From Azolla caroliniana (Eukaryota; Plantae; Polypodiophyta), in the NCBI GenBank assembly GCA_043228905.1, contig JBHGNT010000004.1, forward strand, positions 21,142,001 to 21,206,000: 64,000 nucleotides of DNA. Direction: 5' to 3'. Every line of letters begins with the position of its first letter. Position 1 is the stretch's first letter. Below are positions 11,027-23,574 of the stretch, piece after piece. A program made the position numbers and the translations under genes. The notes under the pieces were generated by a model. The model was not told the DNA's origin, did no database searches, and saw only the letters and a program-made list of their open reading frames with translations.

Positions 11027-11257
11027 ACGTGAACGAGGGTGTGCATGAATGCACACGAAGCAGTCTAATGTACTATCAATTGTAAATAACATTATATTAG
11101 TTTGAGTGTTGATGAGTACTAGGTAAGAGTGTTTTAATAGGTACTTTAAGTTCTCACGAATAGAAAGAATAATAGTGATTGATGAGAGGAGATCGAGGAG
11201 AGAATCAAGGATAGAAAGCGGCTAGAAAGTGGTTGCCTTAATAGCCTGATGTAACGG
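11027..11257 (+). repeat. gypsy LTR 'H', fragment 1 (related to G LTR)
   Basis: Aligns with the G LTR ~50905-51110 (GAACxAGGGTGTGCATG..GTCTAATGTAC..CTGATGTAAC); continues at 37708. Confidence 0.75.
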
Positions 11258-11273
11258 TGACGTGTGGTTTTTC

Positions 11274-11418
11274 ACACACGATATGAAAACTAGTAAAACA
11301 TTTATTTAAGATTAGCTTAATGTATTCATATAGATAAATGTTATGTGTTTTTTGACACACGATATGAAAACTAGTAAAACAATTATTTAAGATTAGCTTA
11401 ATGTATTCATATAGATAG
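11274..11418. repeat. ~75-bp tandem duplication in the F LTR
   Basis: ACACACGATATGAAAACTAGTAAAACA..TTATTTAAGATTAGCTTAATGTATTCATATAGATA occurs twice. Confidence 0.85.
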
Positions 11419-11669
11419 ATGTCTTCAAGAACTTCATAGCATATTTTACTACGCATGAAACGGATAAAAAAGTATCAAGTTATGTGAGTGTGAAGTTTGA
11501 AGAAGAAGAAAGAAAAGACAAAACTCTAAGATATCCCACATAGATAGGACAACTTTGGAACCTAGGATATATAAGGGAAACCAAAACATATTCACTTTAT
11601 CAATGTTCGGAGGATAGAATGTTCAAGGTGACTTGGGCTACACTGTGTGGTGTGCACGCTTCGGGCATA

Positions 11670-11845
11670 TGCGTGTGTGCATGGTCGCGTGGACGTTTTC
11701 GGATGTACGCTCGTGTGCATGGCCGCGTGGACGTTTTCGGATGTACGCTCGTATGCATGGCCGCATGGACGTTTTCGGATGTACGTGCATGTGCAAGTTT
11801 CGGGCGTATGCGTGCACGACCGTGTGGACATTTTGGACGGATGTG
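11670..11845. repeat. ~38-bp CpG-rich tandem repeats in the F LTR
   Basis: GTGCATGGCCGCGTGGACGTTTTCGGATGTACG unit x3-4; related units continue at ~34590-34690. Confidence 0.8.
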
Positions 11846-14624
11846 TGTGTGCGGACGAGCGCGCGAATGCGTACACGATGCGGTCAGTCAAGAGTTTTGC
11901 GTGCGGACGCGTGCACGGCCGTGGATGTTTCAGACAGACGCGTTGTCGTGTTGTTACGTTCTTCGCGTTCGGAAAGAGGTGGGACCGCGGGGGCCTTGAA
12001 CCAAGGGGCGTGAGAAAGAGGGGAGAGAGAGAGCGCAGCTTACAGAAACACAGAGGAGGAAAGAGACGGAGAACAAAGTCTTAATTACAATCGACAACGA
12101 TTACATTTGGCAAGCCGACGACGGACCCAACCCAGGCAGACACACACACGTACACACGATGCTCACGCACGCACTCAGCCCAACGGCACAATGGAGCCTC
12201 TGCCGGAAGCACACAGGTTGTCCACGAAGCAGAGGCAACATAGTCCGCAATCCTGCAGAGAAAGTCGAACGATGGAGGAGAGAGCTCAGGTCCGATCCGA
12301 CAGCCCTTCCTCCTCGCTCCCAGAAATGCGATACTTTTTACCTCACTTCTCCCTCTCTTTTATAACCCAAGGAGGGTGGTTGTTACCTCTCATTACATCA
12401 TGTTTATTCCCTATCCTTTCGGATAGGGATACGCCTTGATTTCCTCCCAACCAAATGCATACTACTTAGAATTTCGCCTCAGGCGACTTGTACCTACCAA
12501 CGTTGTCGCGTTGTTACGCGCGTGCGTGGAGAAAGGCGGGACCATGGGGGTCTTGGACTAGAGAGGGATGGAGCGTAGGAAGTCGTGCTTCACTGCTGCT
12601 GGGGCATCCCAGAAACACACTGGAAGCAACCGAAGAGAGAGAGAGAGAGAGAGAGAGCGTGCTTAACACCGACTCACGCACACACACACGCACACACAAC
12701 CCGACCCGACTCACGCCCTTATGTACAGGAAACGCATGAAAGGGGGAGCACCCGACACCAACATAGACATGAATATACACAGACAGACGCAAACATATAT
12801 ATATGTATAAATAGAAGAATACAATCCCGGCTTCGACCCGGACTGGGGTAGGTTACAGTAGTCGTCTGCTGCCAAGCCGCCGTCGGGGAGCTCTCAGCTC
12901 GTCGCGCCGAGCGGGATCTTGCACAGGAGGCCGAACCAAAGCAAACCCTAAGCAAACACGCAAAAGGAGAAGAAGAAGAACCTAACTCTAAACCTAACGG
13001 TATACCCTCTAATGCAAAATGGGCAACCCTTTTACAAAGGGCGTTCCCTTCCTTTTATAGAACAAGGAAAGGGAGGCATTACGATGCGGGACAAATCCCG
13101 ACTTACATGGGATCGTCTGTCCCGACTTGACTACTCTTCGGCGCCATAAAGGCGCCCTCGATATTCACACTAAATGTACATGGGTGCGTACACACGCTGC
13201 ACCCCGCCGATGTAGCCAATGTTTCCCGGTTTTCGCCTCTGGCTGAAATTCTTCACGACATCCGCCCCCACCTAACTGCACATCCACCGGTATGTGCCAA
13301 GTCTGGTCGAAGGGTGAGAGATTTCGGCCGGTGAGAAACCGGTCTTCCGTGATCCGCATCCTAGCTTGCTGCCGGTTTGATCCGTCGGCTTCGAGTCTTC
13401 CGTCGCGCTCTCCTTCCTATAGGCTCGTTCGACCCGTCGATGGGTCCTCTCCCGCGATCTCCGCAATACGCGTTCTTCCGTTGGCCCTTGTTCGGCCGTA
13501 TGAACGCCCCGCTTCCCGCCGTATGCCCGATGTCCTCCGCTTGAGGCATGCCCGTAGTGGCCCGCTTGGCCTCCGTTGACCCTTCGTGATGTCCTGGTTG
13601 TCGTCCCATGTTGCTTCGCGTGGCCACCGCCCTCTCGCCGCCACCTTCCTTCTCCATGGTCTTACATTGCCACGTCGGCTCGAACCGCCATGGTCTCCGG
13701 AACGGTGTGGAGGATCCCTTTCCGGCCTTCTCCGCGCTCGCCTTTCCACTCCGGCACCTCCGTGTGCCACATACCCTCGTCCGTTGTTTGGCACTGCCCG
13801 TGTTGCACTCCTTGTCGGCCCCTTTCCGGCCAGATCGCGCATCACTGCTCACCCGCATACCAGTGTCCTCTGCATCCGAGGAACACCCCGTAGTAGCCCG
13901 CTTGGCCCTTCCCGTCTTCGTGCTGCTGCAACAGGTCCTGAGTCGTCCGCTTGCCGTTGTCCCCTCGCCCCCACCAGCTTGTCACCCCGGCTTGCCGTGT
14001 CAGTCTTCGTTACTTTGACGGAGCTACCGAGATCTACGAAGCGAGTGTGGAGGATCCTCCTCCGGCCTCTCTTGCCATCCTGATTCCGACCCTGTGCAGT
14101 GCAGTAGGCACTTGTCACTTCGTTCTCGGCACCTCCCTTGTGTCGTCTTTCGCTTCCTTCGTTCGGCCCCGCCCGCGTCGAACACCGTCCCGTAGTCACG
14201 CTTCGATCCGGCCCACGATAGCCATTTGCGAGACTCTTGTTCTGTTCTAGGTGTGCCTTTCCGGCCTAACACACCTCCCCGCGTTTGCCCCTACCGGCTC
14301 CTTCCGAACCTCGTGTCGTCGGGTCCCGTTCCCTGCCGCCACCGTCCTTCTCCCTCGGTCTCACGTTGCCACGTTGGCCGAACTGCCGGAGTCTCCGGAA
14401 CCGGTGTGAGGGTCCCATAGGACCGGACTCCGTTTCTATGCTTGCCGAATTCGGGTGTCTTGTTTGAGTCCCTCCCGGACTCTCCTCGTGTCTTCCGCGT
14501 AGCCGGGTCCCGTTTCCCGCCGCCATCTTCCTTCTACCTCGGTCTTACGTTGCCACGTTGGCTGAACAGTCAGAGTCTCTGGTTAAGTGTGGGGATCCCG
14601 TAGGACCGGACTTCCTTACACCCA

Positions 14625-14845
14625 TGCCTTCGTCACCTCGCCGCCACCGTCAGTATCTTGGTCTTACGTCGACCGCGTTGCCGACTGCCGAAGTCTCTAG
14701 AACCGGTGTGAAGGATCCTCCGTAGACCGCCCTTCCGTAGCCCTTGCCTTCGTCACCTCGCCGCCACCGTCAGTATCTTGGTCTTACGTCGACCGCGTTG
14801 CCGACTGCCGAAGTCTCTAGAACCGGTGTGAAGGATCCTCCGTAG
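14625..14845. repeat. 120-bp-period tandem duplication inside D
   Basis: 14625-14725 is identical to 14745-14845. Confidence 0.95.
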
Positions 14846-16231
14846 GCGTTCGTCGCCTTCTTGACCCTGTCCCGGGTCGTCCTTTTCCTCATGCCGAGAG
14901 GGCGGTTTACTCCGCACCCTCTCCCGTGGTACCGACGTATCGTGTCCTCGGCCTCTTCGTAGGCCTGCTCTCTTCCTCCCTCCCGGAATGGTTATCCGGG
15001 AGTTCGCTCCGCCTGATTCTCGTCCGTAATCTCGACCTTCGCCCGGTCGGTCTTTCTCCCCATGTAAAAGAGGGCGGCTCGTTCCGCACCCCCTTTCGTA
15101 TCGGCACCTTTATGCCGAGTCCGGCCTCGATCGAACGGCCCACGACCGGGTCACGCTCCACCCGTATTGGAATGCCGATCTCCACGTGTCGTGTCCGTCC
15201 TCGGCCTCCTCGCAGGCCTTCTCCCATCCGTCTTCGCTGGCATCGTGCTAGGACTCCTCGGTACCGCCATCCCTCTCCTCGGTCTTACACGGGCATACGG
15301 GCCAAATTGCCGAGTTCTCCGGAATCGGGTCCGTGGGCTTTCGTCCGCTCCTTCCCCGTACTGTCTCGCCGGTGATTCTTGGCCCTCCGCCGCCGCCTTC
15401 CTCCGCTTGGGACTCACGTGGGTACTCGGGCCCAACTGCCATCGTCTCGGGAGCAAGTGTGGGAAGACACAAAGAATCACCCGTCCGTTTTACGCCCTTG
15501 TCCGTAGCCACCGGCTCTCCGTGGTCGGCGGTCGTCTTCTTATCGATCGCGCAAGCCCCGTCTGGGCTTGCTTCTCCAATGCCCAGGATCTCGGGCTGAC
15601 ACGCCTGAAACCGCTGGTCCCAATGTTCCGGTTCCGCGATCGGTATCTTGGCCTTGTCCTTGGCCGTTCTATTTCCACAAGTCGAGAGGGTCGCTCGCTC
15701 CGCACCCTCTCCCACATCGTCGCCATCGTGGTCGCCCGCCTTGCCGCCGCCACCGCCCGTCACTCTAGGTCTCACACCGGCTCTCAGGCCGGTTGCCGGA
15801 GTCTCTAGGCCCGGTGTGCGTAAGGTCGCGGCACCACCGCTCGTCTTCTCCCCACTCGATGCTTCAGGCCTCCGTGCCCGAACTCCCTCATGTCCGCTTG
15901 AATCGGCGATCGCCGCCTCACCGTCCCCGACCTCGTCCTCGGTCGATCTTTCTCCGCATGTCGAGAGGGTGGCTCACTCCGCACCCTCTCCCGTGGTACC
16001 GATGTACCATTCTCTTTCGTCCTCCTCATCCTCCGATCGCCTCCGGCCCGACTCCATAATAAGCCCTTCTTCGGCTTCGATTTTCCCCTCTTCCTCGAGC
16101 ATCGCTTTGAGAGCTGCATACGCCTCCGCAATCCTGGCCCCAACGCCGACCCTTGCTGACTCTCTTTGCCGTTCGGCCTCCTCCCGCTGTGATGGCACGC
16201 CGTCGCCTACCTTCCTCTTAGCCTTCTCGGC

Positions 16232-16843
16232 TCACTCATCATCTAGCCTTTGGCACACCCTTCCGACCTTCGACCAGTCCTCCATAAGCCCATTCGCTCC
16301 ATCATCGTCTTCGAGCTCAATCCCGATGGCTTCCCATTCTGCTTGGTCGATCGACCTGACGAACAAAAGGACTTTGTCCGCCCCCACCAAACCTTGTTCC
16401 CGCTCCGGGAGCCGAGCAAGCCGTCGCTCGAACTCTCGGAACGCCTTGGTCGCGCCCTGGTGGGTCTTTGCCGATGCTACCCACTGGTCAAAGTCGTGTC
16501 GTCCCCGGCTCTTCCGCCGTCCTCCGTATGCCTTCAGGAGCGCCTCTTCAAAGGCCTCCCACGAACTATGAGCCTCACAGAGCTCCTTTATTTCCGCATG
16601 CATCCGGACAGCCACGATCCGACAGAAGAACTCCAGCCTCAACGCCTCGTCTACGCCACGCTCCTCCATTTCCGCGTTGTAGGCTTCCAAGTAAGATGGG
16701 ACTTTGTCCCCGTTGAAACGGCCGACTCTTTCGACCACTCGCTCAACCGCTTGTTGCGCTGCTTCTCGCCTCATCACCACTCGTGCCGACTCCAACACCA
16801 CTTCGGCCACCATCTCCGCAAGGTCGTCGTCTTTCGACTCCAT
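16232..16843 (-). CDS. Gag (capsid-like) protein of element D, 203 aa
   Basis: Homologous to G1/F gag (GRFNGDKVPSYLEAYNAEM..., FREFERRLARL, VLLFVRSID); starts just after the PBS; the same frame continues through 15974..16198 and 15248..15775. Confidence 0.8.
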   Translation of the reverse strand: MESKDDDLAEMVAEVVLESARVVMRREAAQQAVERVVERVGRFNGDKVPSYLEAYNAEMEERGVDEALRLEFFCRIVAVRMHAEIKELCEAHSSWEAFEEALLKAYGGRRKSRGRHDFDQWVASAKTHQGATKAFREFERRLARLPEREQGLVGADKVLLFVRSIDQAEWEAIGIELEDDDGANGLMEDWSKVGRVCQRLDDE

Positions 16844-17809
16844 CCTCCCTTGCCGCCTTTCACGTCGGGTTCACTAAATATGTCACGTTGTTATGCGCGT
16901 GCGTGGAGAAAGGCGGGACCACGGGGGTCTTGGACTAGAGAGGGATGGAGCGTAGGAAGTCGTGCTTCACTGCTTCTGGGGCATCCCAGAAACACACCGG
17001 AAGCAACCGAAGGGAGAGAGAGAGAGAGAGAGAGTGTGTGTGTGTGCTTAACACCGACTCACGCACACACACGCACACACAACCCGACCCGACTCACGCC
17101 CTTATGTACAGGAAACGCATGAAAGGGGGAGCACCCGACACCAACATAGACGCGAATATACACAGACAGACGCAAACATATATATATGTATAAACAGAAG
17201 AATACAATCCCGGCTTCGACCCGGACTGGGGTAGGTTACAGTAGTCGTCTGCTGCCAAGCCGCCGTCGGGGAGATCTCAGCTCGTCGCGCCGAGCGGGAT
17301 CTTGCACAGGAGGCCGAAACAAAGCAAACCCTAAGCAAACACGCAAAAGGAGAAGAAGAAGAACCTAACTCTAAAACTAACGGTATACCCTCTAATGCAA
17401 AATGGGCAACCCTTTTACAAAGGGCGTTCCCTTCCTTTTATAGAACAAGGAAAGGGAGGCATTACGATGCGGGACAAATCCCAACTTACATGGGATCGTC
17501 TGTCCCGACTTGACTACTCTTCGGCGCCATAAAGGCGCCCTCGATATTCACACTAAATGTACATGGGTGCGTACACACGCTGCACCCCGCCAATGTAGCC
17601 AATGTTTCCCGTTTTTCGCCTCTGGCAGAAATTCTTCACGACAACGTACTATAGTTAAAACTTGTGCCCACGTGTAAGGGCCGGTTTTCGCATGTTATAC
17701 CCGGTTTCCGCCTAGGGACGGTTTTCTCCACGACATCCGCCCCCACCTAACCGCGCATCCACAAGTATGCGCCAAAATTAGACTCTTGCCGGAGAAGACC
17801 GGCCCACGC

Positions 17810-20800
17810 TTACCCTTCGTCTTCCGGATCGGCATTCATTCCGAGCTAGTCGTTGTCGCTATCTAGGTCGTCGAGGTCTGGTTCAGCCTCGTGCCACTTT
17901 TTGAATGCTTTGATCCTTTTTCCCGCCACCGGTACTGCCATCCTTGTCCGTCGAGCTCTACGAGATGGTAGGTCCCGTTGTTGTTAGCGCTCGTCACCGT
18001 ATAAGGCCCGAACCACCTTCTCGCAAACTTCCGCGTTGCCCAGTGCTAGTTGTCGAGGCTGTTGTCATACACTAGAACCCAGTTGCCTTCCTCGATCTTC
18101 TTCGGTCTCAGTCGGTGAATCCGGTCGAACCGTCCTTTGTTCTTTACCCTCGCCACCCGTAGCTTCTCCGCAACTCGGTCCACGTCCTCCGGTCTTCCTT
18201 CCAGCTGCCGGATCCGTGCCGCTAACAGCTCCTCTCGGGTCATCTCGTTGTTCCAGTCCACCATGGCCCATGAGGAGATTGTCTGCTCCGTTGGCATGAT
18301 CGGCTTCTGCCCGTACATTAGCTCTGCCGGCATGAACCCGGTTACCGAACTGTGCGTAGTTCGGTTTGCCCACAACGCATACGGTAAGAGCCGCGGCCAA
18401 TTCCCAACCTGGCCCCCACACGCCCGTACCAACGCTTTGACGATCGGCCCGTGTCCGAGCTCCACCTTCCCGTTAGCCTCCGGATTGTACAGCGTGGTGA
18501 GCGAGAGTTTAATTCCTAGCTAGTCAAACAGCTCTTCCGCCTCTTGCGCATCCAATTCCCCATGGGCGGCCACGATCTTACCTACGCACCCGTACCAGCA
18601 TACCACTTCTTCGATCAGAAATTGGCACACGACCGTGGTCGTTTTGCTCTGCAACGCTCGGCCCTCCACCTGGTTCGTCAGGTCCTCCCGAGCCAGCACC
18701 AAATATTGCATCTGCCCTACCCCCATCGGCATCGTCACTAGATCCACCATCCACTTGAAGTGGACGGTTGGAGGGTAGGTCGGGTGGAGCTCGTCCCGAT
18801 GTCGGACTCTGGAGTGCACCTGATAGCTTTCACAAGTCGTCACGAACCAATGCACATCCCGGTATAGTCCCGGCCACCAGTATTTCCCCTTTAGCTTCTC
18901 GAATGTGGCCCACGTCCCATGGTGTCCGGCCCAGGGACTCTTGTGGTACGCTGTCAACAATTCTTCCTGTTCCTCTTTCTTCGCCACCACTCGGAGCGGG
19001 ATGCCGTCTCTCTTTTTTGGGTGCTTCCATATGCTCCCATCCCGTAGAAAGAATCGGTACGCTTTCTTCCGAATCCAGTTGGCCTCTTCCTTCATCCATG
19101 CCGCGTCCGGTGTCATTGCCTTTAGGAACCTGTCGATCTAGAGCCACTCCCCGTCGTACTTGCTCTCGTCGAATTCGTTAAGCGCCGGAGTGCTCCCCTT
19201 TCTTGTTGTTACGTTGCCGGACCCGAAGAAATCCTCGCCGACTTCCTCGTTATCCGAAACCATGCCATCCTCGTCATTGAACCGCGCCCTTGAAAGCATA
19301 TCGGCCATGGCATTATCTTTCCCGGAGATGTGTCGTATCTTCGGGTTCAGGGACTTGATGTACGTGATCCACCTAAGCATCGCCAGGTCCGGAGTTGTGC
19401 ATCCAGAGACCATACCTAGAATCGGTAGGCAGTCCGTCTCGATGATCACTTCCGTCCCGATCAGATAGTCCTCGTTGGCCTTGACTGCCGAAACGATACC
19501 CCACAGCTCGCGCTTAACTTGGGCATATCCTCGCTGCCACTCGCTCAATACCTTCGCCCCGAACCGGACCAGGAACCATACGTCGTCCTTGTCCTCTTGA
19601 CTGATCACCCACCCGATCCCGGTCGGGCTCGTATCCACTGTCACGTAGATGGGGACTTCCTTGCCATAAACCGCTTTCCGGAGAGCCGGTGCCGCAGCAA
19701 GCGCCTCCTTTAGCCTCCGGACCGACTCCGTGTGCTCTATCCTCCACTCGAACCTACGCCCTTTCTTCAATAGCCCGTAGAGCGGTTCCGCGACATGCGC
19801 GTAGTGCGGAATCCAGATGTGGTAGAATGCGCACGCACCCAAGAATCTGCGGACCTCCGTAACCGACCCGCAATCGTCCTTCATCACGGAGATGGCTTCT
19901 ACCTTTGCCGGGGATGGTTTTCGGCCATAGGGCCCGCACCGGTGTCTGACTACCAAGATCTCCGGCTGTCTGAATGTTGATTTTTCTCCGGAGAAGGTGA
20001 GTCGCGCGCTCTCGAGTCTTTGTAGCACCTTCTCGCAGTCACGGATGTGATTGGTCACGAACCTCCGGCAACCGTTGGGCCTGACCGACTCGTCCCTGTC
20101 CTCCACGGGACATCCTTTGATCGGGATGTCGTCCAGAAATGGCATGGTGATGTCCGGGATGCAGTCCCTCAACACCTTGTTCATCGCATTCACCATGTGT
20201 GCCACCGAGTTCGTTCCCCCTTGCGGCAGGGTACACATCCGAACTAGGCTGAGAGGAGTCCGCATCATCGTGACATCCCTGCTCTCTACGGCTACCTGGA
20301 ACTGATCGTAGCCTGAGTACAGGTCCCCGACCGAGTAGATCGACCGCCCTATGAAAGACTCCGCGAACTCATCGATGGTTGGTCTGATACCTACATTTCG
20401 AATGGTCACCTTGTTGACCGGCTGTAGGTCCTGTATGAAGCGTAGTGTGTCGTTCTTCTTCGGCACGGTAAACCACCAATTCGAGTATGGGGCACTCGAC
20501 GGTTCGAGGATGCCCATCTCCACCTTCTGTTTCAGCAGCTTCATCAACTTCGGGATGTGAGCTCTGGGTACCGGAATCGGTTTGAGACTCCACACGGAAC
20601 ATGCGGTACCGTGAAGATCACCATTGGTTCCACAACCTTCGGGTCTACGCACCCGATCTACTCCGGTGAGAATGCGAAAGCCTTCCCGTGCCTCCCGAGC
20701 ATTCTCCGAAACCGGTCCTCTTCCGTCGACAGTAGAAAGCCACCCCCACCGATCTTGAGCTCCTGTAGCGTTATGTCGGTGAACATGTGTCCCATGTTGG

Positions 20801-21288
20801 CTGGATCTTGTAAACTTGGGTCCAATGCAACCCCCTTTATCTGTAACTCGCTGCCCTCCGGCAAGGGTGCCGCAACTGGCCTCACCTTCCGGTCCACAGT
20901 CTTGTACTTCGTATCCACTCGGGCCGTCCAATCCGACTTGAGTCCACTACGGAAGTCGGCGATGACTTTGTACATCTTTTCCGAACATACCGGAATCGTC
21001 TGGTCCTCATTAAGGCCTTCTCCGAACACCTCTCGTAACTTCCCCAAGGTGTCATCAAAAGAGACCACCTCCACGGCTCTGTTGATTTCCTCTTCAAGGC
21101 CGAGGACTCCGCATGCCCAAAGCCGCTCCTCCGCCTGCTTCTTTTCCTGGCCAACTACGCCGGCTATCGGAGAACCAAAATTTTCTACCTATGGTACAAG
21201 TGTTTCTGCCTATAGTACATCTGTGGGGTTTTCCCAGGGTGTCCGGAGTATCGCGGCCCCACACTTTGATAGCCCTCTTTAAAAATCC
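17810..21288 (-). pseudogene. B pol (RT-RH-INT)
   Basis: ORFs 20658..21074, 19138..20931, 18520..19116, 18046..18465 match G1 pol, with stops and frameshifts. Confidence 0.9.
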
Positions 21289-22908
21289 CCTCGGCTGTCG
21301 CCGCTAAGGGTCTCGCGGTTTCGCTCGTGGTTGGGTCGCACTATCATGAATTGGACGGAATGCCGACCGTCTTGGCTCTTGACGCACACATACGCCGAAC
21401 CGTTGTCCAGTACTTTCGTCTCCATGTGCGCTGCCGTAATGTACGGTTCAGCGAGAATTACTGGGTGCGAGGAAGTCTCCTACACGAAGAAATGTTTATC
21501 TATATTGACGTCGCCGATCTTCACGCATATGTTCGGGCACGCACCATGCAGCTCCTCTATAGCGCGCGTCGCCGCGCATATCTTCCACCCGTGCTCGGTG
21601 TTGATCGGTCATTTCCCCCTTTTATAGAAGTCCATGGACATCAGGTTGATCTCCGAATCGTGGTCTACCAATGCCACCATCGGCTCCTGGACGTCGCCGA
21701 TCCGAACAGGGGTTTCCGTAGTGGCCCTAGACCAATGCGGCTTCGTGTAGTGGCTTTCTGCCAACTCGTCCTCTAGGGCCGTGTCTTCTAAGTGCGTCAT
21801 CCGCATTTCCACCAGCCTCTCCGGTTCCGGTTCGATCGAGAGCCTCTTCCACTTCACCAAGTCCACGATGGAGTCGTGGAACTCCTTCTTGGCGATTCCC
21901 AGCACCTCCCGTAACGATAGCTCGACCTTGCTGTCAGGAATTCTCTCTTCCAGGACCTTCCGCAGGTCCATCATTCATTCGATTTCGGTGCTCGGCCGGA
22001 GACCGGCTTGCTTCTTCTTCTCCAGTGCGCCGGCGTTGATGGTCTCATTCGGCTTCTGTCTGAACCGGGTCTCGTACCGCTGGGAGGGGCCTGCCCCTTT
22101 GGCCTTTCTTGTGTGTTTGTCTTCTACCAGAACCTCGAAGTTCTGCCATGCAGCTGCCACGAAGCCAATCTTCTCTTCCACCGGGTCGTCCCATCCGGTG
22201 ACCTCCCGGATCCGTTGTTCAGCGCGGTCTACCTCTTCCTTCTTCAACCGTACTCTAGGGAGACCCTCTAGCACCATCGGCCAAAATCCGGAGTCCTTCA
22301 CTTTCCGGGCCTCATCATCCCCGACCCAGAATCCTGCCGACACCAAGTAGTTAACGGCCTCTGCATGTTGTGTCGCGGCCTCTTCCATCAACTGCTTCAT
22401 TCCGCCGCGCCCCGAATTCAACTCTAGGGATTTCCGGGTTTCTCTCGCGTGCACCTGCCCGTTCCAGAGGTAAACCACGTTGGTCCTGAGTGCCTCTACA
22501 AAATACGTGCATTCTTTCCGTATGTGGCCGAATGCGTCGCACCACATGCACCGTTGCCCCGCCGGCAACCTTCGGTCATGAGATTGTTCGCCGTTGTCCC
22601 TCCAGGCCTGTGCGATTTGGAGATCTCGCACCATCTGCGACAGCTCTTCTAGAGTTGCGCCTCCGGAGGGACCTTTCACCACCCCGCTCGAGGCTGAGCC
22701 CGTCTCAAGCCAACTCCGAGTTTCTTCCTTCCTAGCTGATACCGAGACCAACTCCTCGAGCTCCCTTGCCGGGACCGGCCTTGCCGCCGACGAGCCCTCG
22801 TCACTCCACTCGCGCCACTTGTCGAAACTACCACAGACCCTCCTTACCATGACCCAGTCTGTCGTGAGCCCTTCTTCCGTTTCCAACAGGACACCCACCT
22901 TCTCCCGG
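21279..22908 (-). pseudogene. B gag-protease (3' part)
   Basis: CCHC (CMWCDAFGHIRKEC) and ALVDHDSEINLM; cut at 22908 by the C LTR. Confidence 0.88.
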
Positions 22909-23574
22909 TGTCGCATTGTTACGCGCGTGCATGGAGAACGAGGCGGGACCACCGGGGTCTTGGACCGAGAAATAGCTGAGAAGGAGAAGAATGGAAAGGC
23001 AATGGACGCACTTGCACACGCACAGACACGGGAGCACACAGGAATCACAGTCCAACAACACAGCAAAACGAGACGACTAAGAGTCCGAGTATATGAACAC
23101 GTATGTATAGAAATATATGTATTTATCAAGACGGTTACAACTAACAGGCCGGCAAGGCGAACACCGACGCCTGTTCACTCACACACAAAAGAGCGAGGTG
23201 GAGCACAAGGGCATTCCACGGAGCAGAGTCAGCCTCCCGAAAATCTACGCAAAAATGGCTATGGAGAGTGGCAGAGGAGAAGGGCTTGGTCCCAGTCTGG
23301 CAGCGCGATCCCCCCCTTTTTTTCATTTCTCTCCCTCTCTTTTATAGCCCAAGGAGGGAGGCCGTTATCATCCGTTACATCATATTAATTCTCTGTCCTT
23401 TCGGACAGAGATACACCTCGATTCTCTCCCTATTGAATGCGTGCTACCTAGGATTTCACCTCAGCCGACTTGTACCTACCTACTTACTATACAACGAAAA
23501 GTGGGCTCGCGTGTAAGGGCCAGTTTACACACGCTAAACTTGGTTTCCTCCTAGGGACGGTTTTCTTCACGACA
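22909..23574 (-). repeat. 3' LTR of gypsy 'C', inserted in B gag
   Basis: TG...CA; PPT at 23575; no PBS on its downstream side (flank CCGG then B gag); diverged from the B LTRs. Confidence 0.88.

Larger units (their letters stand above)
12504..17643 (-). mobile_element. non-autonomous gag-only gypsy-group element 'D' (TR-GAG-like)
   Basis: LTRs 12504-13260 and 16881-17643 (roughly 2% divergent by eye); TSD ACGT at 12500-12503/17644-17647; PBS TAGTGAACCCGACGTGAA at 16859-16876; group PPT at 13261; no PR/RT/RH/INT recognisable. Confidence 0.92.

Noticed and set aside
13630-15830. Repeat-spacer arrangement in D resembling a CRISPR array
   Set aside because: Repeats are long, highly diverged and irregularly spaced; eukaryotic LTR-element context; no cas genes.
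15167-17122. Long plus-strand ORFs (213, 307, 290 aa) antisense to D
   Set aside because: Ser/Pro-rich shadows of GC-rich coding sequence, mostly non-ATG starts, no recognisable domain.
21975-23129. 384-aa ORF starting in the C LTR and entering B gag
   Set aside because: Insertion-junction artefact.
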